A stretch of 64,000 bases of DNA from Macrostomum hystrix. Its lineage: Eukaryota > Animalia > Platyhelminthes. The notes beneath the pieces are model-generated. The model did no database searches, was not told the origin of the DNA, and saw nothing but the letters and a program-made list of their open reading frames with translations. This document shows, piece by piece, positions 1 through 10,900 of this stretch. Location of the stretch: NCBI GenBank assembly GCA_950097015.1, contig CATNEN010000038.1, forward strand, positions 2,294,001 to 2,358,000. Reading direction: 5' to 3'. A program made the translations under genes and the position numbers. The first letter of the stretch is position 1. Each line of letters starts with the position of its first letter.

Positions 1-3000
1 GGCGGGCAGCCGCTGCCGCGACGTCTGCGAAAGTACATGGCGGCCAGGGGGCTGCACTGGCGCGGCCGCGGCACCGGATGATAAAACGAGTTCTCGAATT
101 CGTACAGGTAGGCCTGGGGACGGTGTGGGCTGACAGAATTTAGCAAACAATAAATCACCAACTAACCAGCGATCTGAGGTACTGCTCAGACACCCAGTCC
201 AGCACCAACTAACCAGCGATCTGAGGTACTGCTCAGACACCCAGTCCAGCACCAACTAACCAGCGATCTGAGGTACTGCTCAGACACCGAGTCCAAGCGC
301 CCTGGCCGGTCCTCAGCAATGTGACAGTTGAATCCGGGACTGGGAGGCACAATGGCCATGTCCTTGGGAGTCACAGGAGTCACGCGTCGGATCCGGCCGA
401 ACATAAATTTGAAGGCCACCAAGACGATCTGCTCGCCATCGTCGCCGGTCTCCAAGGCGGCCTCCTGAAGGCAGACGTCGCCGTGAACGCACAGATGAAC
501 ACCGGCGATGCAATAGCCAAGCGAGTTTATAGGACAGAAGCGCACCTTCAGGCCTTCGCGAAGGGTAAGGTCAACGAGCTCTTCGCTGGCCGCTGCCAGG
601 AAGCCGTAGTGAGTTGACATCTCCTCCTGGGCCAGGCCTAGGCGCGAGAATTCGGCGCACCGCTCTGCAGAAATGCAGGAGGCGGGGTGGACCATGTAAA
701 TGATGGCGGCATAGACATCTGATGTTTAATTATAGGTGCGGCAAGGTGATTGGCGGCATAGCTCTTTGATGTAGGAATGTAGGTGAGGTGCGGCAAGGTG
801 ATTGGCGGCATAGCTCTTTGATGTAGGAATGTAGGTAAGGTGCGGCAAGGAGAGTGGCGGAATAGCTCTTTGATGTGGGAATGTAGGTGAGGTGCGGCAA
901 GGTGATTGGCGGCATAGCTCTTTGATCTAGGAATGTAGGTGAGGTGCGGCAAGGTGATTGGCGGCATAGCTCTTTGATGTAGGAATGTAGGTGAGGTGCG
1001 GCAAAGAGAGGCGGCATAGCTCTTTGATGTAGGAATGTAGGTGAGGTGCGGCAAAGAGAGGCGGCATAGCTCTTTGATGTTGGATTGTAGGTAGGGTGAA
1101 ACCAGAAACCTGGAGTAAGAGTAAAAGGCGACGGCTGATGGCGGCATTACCCTTTGATGTTAAACATGTAGGTGAGAAGGTTGAGGGTGGCACTGCTTTC
1201 TGACAGTCATTGAATATGAACATAAACGAATGCGCGGCGTAAAAACCGAAGGAAGATCAGGTTTCAATAGTCCCTGCTCAAAAAGATATAAATAATAAAG
1301 GGACTGACTAGCTACTTAGATTAGAGCGAGTAGAGGAAAACGGTAACCCCTTTGCAGACATGAGTGTCGCCATTAACTAAATACTAAAGTGTAAACCAAT
1401 CTAAAAAGCGCAAAAAAGAAAATCTTTGAGGTCGGAAGACCACGGCTACAATTCAAGTTTACTTCTTGTGTTGTTTTGCTAAACTATTAGCAATTTTATC
1501 ATTACTCAAATCCAACAATATCCCATCACCTCGACTGAAATCTCAAATCCCTTAAACATCCTGTTGACCGGTTGCCCAAAATTAAAATTACAGGATAGCC
1601 AAACTACAAGCTTGTCAGAAATACAAAATGCGAGGATTCGTGTCACAGCTTGTCTAAAATCCCAGAATATCCTGATTACAGTTTGTCTAAAATCTCAAAT
1701 CCCAGGATGTCCTGATTACAGCTTGTGTTGAAATCCCGAATCCCATGATATACTACTTACAGTTTGAAATCTGGAATCCCAGGATGTCGTGATTAAAGTT
1801 TGTCTGAAATCCCGAATCCGAGGATGTACTGATTAAAGTTAGTCTGAAATCTGGAATCCCAGGATGTCGTGATTAAAGTTTGTCTGAAATCCCGAATCCT
1901 AGGATGTCCTGATTACAGTTTGTCTGAAATCCCGAATCCGAGGATGTCCTGATTAAAGTGTCTGAAATCCCAAATCACAGGATGCCCCGAATACAGTTTG
2001 TCTGAAATCCTAGGATGTCCTGATTACAGTTTGTCTGAAATCCTAGGATGTCCTGATTACAGTTTGTCTGAAATCCTAGGATGTCCCGAATACAGTTTGT
2101 CTGAAATCCTAGGATGTCCTGATTACAGTTTGTCTGAAATCCTAGGATGTCCTGATTACAGTTTGTCTGAAATCCTAGGATGTCCTGATTACAGTTTGTC
2201 TGAAATCCTAGGATGTCCTGATTACAGTTTGTCTGAAATCCTAGGATGTCCTGATTACAGTTTGTCTGAAATCCTAGGATGTCCTGTCCTGGCCGCATAC
2301 AATTTTTTGGTAACAAGAATAGCTAGGCCACTTTAACAAGGCTTTCTAAGGAGCAGAAGTGCTCAACGTTTTTGCGAAACAGGAAAACAGCATGTACGAA
2401 TGCCCAGCGCAAAGAACAAAGCCAGACCAGGCTTCTCTAATCCTTGCTCGAACAGAAAGCCGAGAGCCGAAGCGCCCATGGGGAATTCGCAGTCAGTTAG
2501 CAATCAATCTAGCCATACCCAAGCCCTCGAGCGAGCCAAACGGCAGATCCTGCCTGGGGCATCGGCCGAGTTGACGAGTAGGCCGTTTTTAGTATTTTTT
2601 GAGTTATTTATACTACTGCAAGTAGAGCAAATAGCACCTGACATTATCAGTAAAGAACTACTTATTGACTAGACTGGTAAAAATGTATCAGAGTCGGTCC
2701 AATAATCAAAGCCAATTTAAAATTTTGCGAAGCTACAATTATTCAAGAGGACTGACAATGAATTAGTGGTTAATATTGTAGCACACGTGTCCCCTCGCAA
2801 GTGCAATTTAATTCAGCAGCCTTGCAAGTTTACTTACTGTGCAGTCAATTTTAATTTGCAATAATCAGGGAAGGATTTATCTAGATCAGTTAGTAAAAAT
2901 GTACAGCTTAAAACTGTAGCCTGTAGCAGAACTGAATGTTAAGCACTAAGATAGGGAAATATGTGGAAAAACAAACAGCAACAACAAACCGATAAACTCC

Positions 3001-3275
3001 TCTTCAAAGTACTGGTTCTCCAGCATCTCCAGTTTGACCAGGCGCCATTGATCCAATGTAGCTGTTAGCGGATTAAGAAAGCTGTCTACAAAGCCGCGAT
3101 AAATCTGCGTGGCATAGTCTGAGCCCAGGTTGACAGTCTCACGAATCACTGCAGAATACAGAAAGTACAGCAATGTGTTTATTACACTTGTATATCATTA
3201 AATTTAACTGGCTGCTTCTATAGAAAAAAACTGGAGTGTAATAATCTTACCCCTCCGTGAGGAGTAATTATCCAT
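1..3275 (-). CDS. TASOR/TEX15-like DUF3715 (pseudo-PARP) domain protein, 3' part outside the window
   Basis: Phase-compatible exons 3251-3275 (frame open to acceptor at 3310, so more 5' coding is possible), 2990-3148, 261-664 and 1-113. Spliced protein: MDNYSSRRVIRETVNLGSDY...LENQYFEEEFIERCAEFSRLGLAQEEMSTHYGFL...EGLKV...SLGYCIAGVHLCVHGDV...VAFKFMFGRIRRV...PPSPGFNCHIA...YLRSLAYLYEFENSFYHPVPRPRQCSPLAAMYF. This is collinear with the TASOR DUF3715 motifs as recalled (NELLEKEF, SYAFL, EKGLHV, LGSPSMGVYLS, IFKIMKGKIK, PTPKHECHV, YYFYEY, RPRHVCPYAVVSF). Confidence 0.8.
157..294. repeat. 47-bp tandem triplication spanning the exon 3' end and splice donor
   Basis: accaactaaccagcgatctgaggtactgctcagacacccagtccagc about 3 times; each unit contains CTG|GTTAGT on the minus strand. 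Confidence 0.9.
733..1080. repeat. ~52-bp intronic minisatellite
   Basis: gatgtaggaatgtaggtgaggtgcggcaaggtgattggcggcatagctcttt, about 6.5 copies. Confidence 0.9.
1655..2285. repeat. 33-bp intronic minisatellite (longer degenerate units at the left)
   Basis: gtttgtctgaaatcctaggatgtcctgattaca repeated; source of the spurious SEILGCPDYSL ORFs. Confidence 0.9.
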
Positions 3276-3659
3276 GAGCAGCCTTGTACTGGGAGGCACA
3301 ATTAAGGAATCTGAAACAGGTAATAAAGCACATGACATGTGACTTATCTGTGACAATTAAATGCCCTAAAATAGCTCATGAATGCAAAAGAACACATTTA
3401 TGATAACTGATATATTTCACTAGAATGTGTTATATTAGACCTGGTGCATTTCTTAAACCATTTTTAATCAAGTCTTAGTGAAAAAAAGCAGTTAAATTAG
3501 GATTTGTATTTTCACTAACATGGAATATAACTAATTGTCATCTTGTTAATTTAAGATGATCAAAAAATAAATAGGAAATATATCTAGACACATAATTACT
3601 CATATAACGAATACAAGAATTTTCCTATGTGCATTTTGTATAAAACAATGTGGAATGGC

Positions 3660-4062
3660 CCTGTTTTTCTTCTTTTTCTGTTCTACTCTCTGTTTTTATT
3701 CTCTTTCTTTTCTACTCTAATTTTTTATAATCTTCTTTTAAATCTGTTTTTCTTCTCTTTTTCTTTATGTCTTCCTTCATTCTCTTTGTCTTATACTCCC
3801 TGTTTTTCTTTGCTGATTCTTTCCCCCTTGCCTTTCTTCTCTGCCTCTACTCAGTTTTTCTTTTCTACTCTCTTTGCTTGTCTTCTTATTTTGCTCTTTT
3901 TATTTATTTTTTGTCTTTTCTTCAGTTTTTTCTCTCTTTTCTACTTTATAATTTTGTTTTTTTCTACTCTCTGACTTTCTTTTCTTTTCTATCTCTGTCT
4001 TTTTTATTTCTTGTGTCTTTCTTCTTTGCCTTTTTTCTCTTCTCTTCTCCCTATTTTTTTTC
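3660..4062. repeat. Pyrimidine-rich low-complexity tract
   Basis: Nearly pure T/C on the + strand. Confidence 0.8.
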
Positions 4063-5154
4063 CAGTGAGGGCGCAATGGTGCAGATAAAAGACAACTAAA
4101 TCATAAATAAGAAAAAAACCTAGAAAGTTTTAAAACTTCTTAAAATAGGGTCAACTGTTCTCTAGTCCCTTTTAGAAGACTTATAATCCTATACTATACC
4201 TACTCAGAAATGCATGCATAAGAATAAGTAGGCCTAATTGGCCAGAATAGGCCTAACTAAATACACTAACTAGACTAACTTAATACATAATCAGAATAAC
4301 TAACTACATCCACTTTGACTAACTATAAGCACTACCAGATTTACATAAATACAATACCAAGAAGTTATTTTAAATACATAAAATATATTCCCACAGTCCA
4401 CAGAGTCAGCACAGACAATTTCCAAGAAAGCCTAACAACAGCTTTGGAAAAATAATTATTGAAATTACTTAGACATTATATCAAAATACCTCTGTAACAA
4501 CTTTTTGTAGGATATTAAAAATAAGAACTACCACAACTTTGGTGGCATTGTGAAGATAAAGTTAGGATAGTAATTAACCCTAAGAGAACTTTGGTGACAT
4601 CATTGGGGATATAAGACTTTACTAAGAAATTAGGCTTGCGACTAAATTATTTATATAAACAATAAATTATCTATCATTGACATTGACACATTAGGAATAA
4701 ACTAAAATAGCCTAGGCCTTGGCTTAATGGGCCAAAAAATCCTAAATTTTCATTTTGGAATGTGCTAACAAAGGAATATGTTACATTACATATCATAGCA
4801 ATACAAAAAATGATACAAATCCTATCACAAAGCACTTCATATCACATAATATTTGACACCTAGTATCCTTTAAATAACAATACACTTGAAAGCAAGTTAT
4901 ATTTTAATATTAAGGATATTAAACATGTTAAAAATAAAGCACGTTTGTTAAAACATAAAGCTACATTTAACGACAAGAACGGTTTGCGTCACCTCAAATT
5001 CGGACAAATTGTGTTAAGAAACAGTGTAGCTAGAAAGATAGGATTGCTAGTTTCTTTCTTTTTGTTACTTTGTAAGGAAAGGTTTCTTTTCTTCCATATT
5101 AAATACTACCTATGTTAAAAGGCTGTATTTTAAAGCACTTGTGACGTTGTCACT

Positions 5155-5734
5155 TGTTGAAGGCACCCCTGCGCCCCTACAATATTACTCTATGCGTTAA
5201 TTATATGCTTAATTTCCAAATTATGTACTTGCGAGGGCCGTTTTAACTCATCGTATAATATTATCCAACTCTGTTAATTTATATTAGTAAGTCAAATTAT
5301 TAGTGCGCTACTGTCAGTAACCATAAACGTATATCGCGCCACTCTAGCTATTTACTACGCGTATCGTAATGTATTTTCCCCCCGGCCAATGAGCGTGCGA
5401 GCTCTGGTTGGCCGGAAGTATCGATCGCTTTGTTTTTCAATCAGCCTAGTTTACTTAACCAAGGGCTTCCGGCCCGCTCGCGCTCCACTGGTTCGTTCTT
5501 TCCGGCTGGTTCTGCGCTCCACTGGTTCTTTCTTCCTCACTTTCGTTCTTGCGCTCTTCCGTTATCGCCATTCTCGCTCTTCTACGTTTCGTGCCGTGAC
5601 TTTTCTCACTCACTACACTCCACTACATTCGGTTCTGACACTCACCATTACGAGCTCCTACGCCTTACATTACACCCTGCTTGTCGACGTCCCAGTGCAT
5701 ACGGAATAAAAGTGCTACCGCTACGTCACCAACA
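5155..5734 (+). mobile_element. Solo LTR (~580 bp)
   Basis: Termini TGTTG...CAACA are inverted; AATAAA at 5705 near the 3' end; flanks TCACT/TTACT (5-bp TSD with one mismatch); internal CCAAT and CCGGAAGT motifs. Confidence 0.7.
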
Positions 5735-6810
5735 TTACTGACTTTGAATTGCCGAACTTACAATTGCCGCTGCTCAGACTTCGACTTCGTCCTTTGTGTT
5801 TTAATCGTCACACACTCATTTTAAACATGAGTGCAAAAGTCAACCATAGCGATTAGTCTCTACAGACGGCTGAGTCAAAGCAAGAACATATATCCAAGGA
5901 CAACATGGAGTAACCACACACCTAGTGGTCCTTGCATACCGCATGCATGATTCTGTTATTGTTACATGGCTAGCACTGCAATGCATTTTTTGTTTATGTT
6001 AGGACCCATACAGGTAAATTAGCACTGGCTGATTGTCCAATTAGTTTTTTAGATATTTACAGATGGTCTATTCTTACGGGCATGTATTGCCTACAAAACG
6101 AGTTCAAACAGTTAACGTTAAATAATTTTCTGCTCTATCGAACAGTGCATTTCTGGCGCAAATACTGCGCAATAGAAAGAAAGAAAAAATCTGCGTGATT
6201 ATTTGTAAGTTTTATTATAACTATGAAATAAGCGAAGGCAATGACAATTAACTTTTTAATATTAGGGTTCCAAAATCCGCAGGTGTCAAACTTAGTTGCA
6301 ATTTAAAAACAAATAATTAAAAGCTCACGGCAAAAGTTACACAAGCAAAACACATTCCTATTATCACATTACAGCTAGTATTATATAAAAGTCCTTTGCA
6401 TTATGCACGCACTAACTGGCAATATACTCGTAGTTCACTATCAAATTACAAAGTCAATTGATTGAACAAAACTGATGCTTAACATTAGAGTCGCAATCAT
6501 TACTCCTGTATGCATTGGCAGGATAGAAACAGATCGAAACAAATTATCTTAAACAATTTCGACTTCACATATAATAAGGAGTACAGTACAGTACTACATT
6601 GGACTCATTGGCTTTATACTCAAAATAAAGAAAAGAAATAAATGAAAAAAGTGTTTTAAATAATATAGGTAATAAAGCGTAGGCCCAGTCACAGTAAAAC
6701 AAGATATTCGCACTTTGTTGCACCAGCAAATGCGGTTGTAATTGTGTTCTTTCAACAGAAACCCACTGAAATTCAAATTTAAACCTGTTTGCAATTCGAA
6801 TGTAACACCA

Positions 6811-7082
6811 TGGGGGTGAGTGGCAGAGCAATCTCCCACCAAGGTCCCCGAGCTCGATTCCGCGGAGAGGCCACATTCATTTGGGGCGCAGCCGCAGATA
6901 TAAGGCTTGGGGGCTTGTCGTGCAATTTACGCCATTGAGGGCCAACCTCCAAGGCACAGTGAAAGTGTACACTGCCTGACAATGTCAGAAAGTCAGGACA
7001 GAACTGCCTCCTCGCTGGCTGCGGGTCTGCTGCAACCAAATGAAGTGCAAGTTGCCACAAGCCCCCTGCAATGATTACTATT
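6811..7082 (+). mobile_element. tRNA-derived SINE-like repeat, family B (internally deleted copy)
   Basis: Shares long blocks with 57788-58155 (gagctcgattccgcgg...ggccaacctccaaggcacagtga.agtgtacactgcctgac); A-box-like TGGCAGAG and B-box-like GAGCTCGATTCC. Confidence 0.7.
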
Positions 7083-7967
7083 AACTAAGTCTATTATTGA
7101 TAAAATTTTGATAAAAAAACTTTTTGATAATTCCCTTTTGATTGAAATCTTTACTGCTGGGGCCCAAAAAATGGCAACACAATTAATTAATATTCCAAGA
7201 AACATAACTGATCTAAATATCGACATATTTTTAAAGTGTAACAAAAAATGTTTGTGCTAGAACAAGCCAGAGGGCAAATAATCAATAATGTAAATAACAC
7301 CTGATAATTACATAAGCAATCATTTATATTACCCGAAGGTGTCAAATTTAATAGGTCGTGTAGAAAAATTAAAACAAATACTTGGCGCAAAAGAGTGCAA
7401 AAAAGCCGACAACACTTAAAACTATGCAGAAAAAAAGAAAATTCAATAAACACATAAATTTAAACTTAGTCAAAATACCAACCAGTAACGGAGAAAAGAA
7501 CAGAAACACAATGACCACGCTGATGTATCTAATAGACAATTAGCTTAATATCGCAAATCACAACAAAACTGGTAGGATATGAGGATAGAAGTGACTGCCA
7601 TTGATTGGCGAGCGAATCAAAATGGTATTTAAGCGCTTAGAAATAACGTACTATTGGAGTAATAAAAGCTTAAAAATATATATGGCCAAATATAATAGTT
7701 ATAGCAAGATTGAACTCATACATCATACAAATATTGTGACAGATTTGACAGTGATTGATTGATGTTGATACAAAAATGACAGTACAGGCTAAATAGATTA
7801 CGAAATTTACTAACAATAATAATATCATACTATCGCACCAAGACCCGCGAAAAAAACTATTTATAATTTAACATTTTCAAGAGTTCGGTAAAATTTGGAA
7901 CTTGTTAATTAAGTCATTCGTCACAGCAGGTAATCAGCGAACAAATAATATACCGCGGTTTGACTCT

Positions 7968-10900
7968 TCAGCCCATGTTCGGCCGAGAAGGAATCGGCGG
8001 TGTACCAGACATTGGGCGCCTGCGGGAGACAGGGTGATTCGACAACTCGATAAATCGATAACTCGATAACTCGATAAATCGATAACTCGATAAATTGATA
8101 ACTCGATAAATCGACAACTCGATAAATCGATAACTCGATAAATCGATAAATCGATAACTCGATAACTCGATAACTCGATAAATCGATAACTCGATAACTC
8201 GATAAATCGATAAATCGATAACTCGATAAATCGATAACTCGATAAATCGATAACTCGATAAATCGATAACTCGATAAATCGATAAATCGATAAATCGATA
8301 ACTCGATAAATCGATAACTCGATAAATCGACAACTTAATAAATCGATAACTCGATAACTCGATAACTCGATAAATCGATAAGTCGAACGAAAATGTTAGT
8401 AAATGATATTCATTTTAAATATTTTTATGGAATTTTTATGGTTAAAATTTTAGATAAAATTCGCAACTAAACAAATATTGCGTGAATGATTGCAAGTAAC
8501 ATGCAAAGTAAAGCATGCAGTACTATATTTTATTGCATTCCTTAGAAAACAACAAGTACAAACTATGAAAAATATTTGGTATTGTTTTGCGTCTCATTAT
8601 TAGTATTTGAAAGAAGCAGAAAACGAATTATGAATAAACAGAACACCATGAAACTCAATTACAAATGCAGCTACAAAAACCTGACGCAAATAAAATCGAA
8701 CTCACGACGGAAGGAGAGGCGGTGGCAGACCGCCTAGACTTTCATTACTGAAAACTGCCCTCCTGTTTCACGTGGACAAGGCAGAGCGATTTCCATTTTA
8801 GCGAAACAGTTAAATCGTTGAACTGATCAAATTTCAAACAGGCTTAAGTCTCGTAAAATTGGGCTGAAACAAATAACTAGAAAAACAGACACCAGAGAAA
8901 CTGACAGACACCAGAGAAAAAATACTTTTTAAATAAACTTATCTGTTTTAAATCTAAAAAATATCTTCACTGAAAATATGCAGACCACAAAGCCATACAA
9001 ACTAGAAAATTTCTAAAAATTGTAGCTAAAAATAGATAAAAGACAATTCCTGAAACCGCTTTATGGCAACTCGTGACAAACATTCACATTGACTTTCGGA
9101 TGTAGAATACGGGAACTTGTGGGCCACATTTGGATTCAAATTTCGAAAAAAGACCGCTTGCATTTGATAAATAGGGTTTCAATTGAGATTTATAAATAAT
9201 GAATTTGCTTAGGAATTTTGAATAGCATGTTCAAGGGGATTTCTGAATAGGATGTTCAAGGGGATTTCTGAGTAGGATGTACAAGGGGATTTCTGAATAG
9301 GATGTTCAAGGGGATTTCTGAATAGGATGTTCAAGGGGATTTCTGAATAGGATGTTCAAGGGGATTTCTGAGTAGGATGTACAAGGGGATTTCTGAATAG
9401 GATGTTCAAGGGGATTTCTGAATAGGATGTTCAAGGGGATTTCTGAGTAGGATGTACAAGGGGATTTCTGAGTAGGATGTACAAGGGGATTTCTGAATAG
9501 GATGTTCAAGGGGATTTCTGAATAGGATGTTCAAGGGGATTTCTGAATAGGATGTACAAGGGGATTTCTGAATAGGATGTACAAGGGGATTTCTGAATAG
9601 GATGTACAAGGGGATTTCTGAATAGGATGTTCAAGGGGATTTCTGAATAGGATGTTTAAGGGGATTTCTGAATAGGATGTACAAGGGGATTTCTGAATAG
9701 GATGTTCAAGGGGATTTCTGAATAGGATGTTCAAGGGGATTTCTGAGTAGGATGTACAAGGGGATTTCTGAGTAGGATGTACAAGGGGATTTCTGAATAG
9801 GATGTACAAGGGGATTTCTGAATAGGATGTTCAAGGGGATTTCTGAGTAGGATGTACATGGGGATTTCTGAATAGGATGTTCAAGGGGATTTCTGAATAG
9901 GATGTTCAAGGGGATTTTTGAATAGGATGTTCAAGGGGATTTCTGAATAGGATTTCCATTTGATATACCGACTAAAACATGAAAACGCTCATGTGAATTA
10001 TTTAATATACTGTTTATGGGGATTTCTGAATAGGAATAGTGTTTGCTGAGTAGGATATCAACGTGAATTTCTTAGGAAGACAAATGTCCATCCAGCGTAA
10101 CCAGAAACCTGCATTGGCTGCCAAAGGCAAAATTTTTTGCCATAGCTTTTAGATACAATCTTAACTTCTTACGAGTAATAAGCCACCCCTGGCGGCAACG
10201 TGTGTCGATCTCTGTCGACGGCAGCAGCAGCCTCGAAGGTCTGGCTGAACGAGCTGGACGAGGCCGAGCGCTGCTGGGCCAGCGGCTTCCTGTACACGCG
10301 CGCACACGCATTTGACAGCATGTTGAAAATGCACAAAAATACTCTGCACTGCACTGACATTTTTACTAACAGTAGACTAAGCGAACATTTTTTGTTAATC
10401 TAACATTCATATTTGTAATGGAGGGGTCACTAACTAACTGACCGGATACGACAAATTCTCCGATGGAGTCTGCTTAAAAACACAGGGGAGTGCACTATTT
10501 CAGGAGCTCTCGGAGGCTCACATTAAAGCTTTGGCACAGAAGACAACAGGACAAAGGAGATATAGAGTGGGGATCAGGGAGACAGTCGGGATCAAAGAGG
10601 ACAGAATGAGAATCAAAGAGGACAGAAGAGTGGGGATCAGAGAGGGGATAAGGGAGGACAAAGTAGGAATCAGAGAGGACAGAGTGTGGATCAGGGAGGA
10701 CAGAGTGTGGATCAGGGAGGACAGAGTGTGGATCAGGGAGGACAGAGTGGGAATCAGAGAGGACAGAGTGGGGATCAGGGAGGACAGAGTGGGGATCAGA
10801 GAGGATAGAGTGGGGATCAGAGAGGACAGAGTGGGGATCAGACAGGACAGAGTGGGGATCAGACAGGACAGAGTGGGGATCAGACAGGACAGAGTGGAGA

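Noticed and set aside
321-617. Plus-strand 98-aa ORF
   Set aside because: Antisense shadow of the DUF3715 exon.
2519-2616. Possible extra exon in the DUF3715 gene (SINNSKNTKNGLL...)
   Set aside because: Its open frame needs phase 2, whereas the flanking exons join directly in phase 1 and give an uninterrupted domain.
3627-4099. Phe/Leu/Ser-rich membrane-protein-like ORFs
   Set aside because: Artefact of a T/C-rich low-complexity tract.
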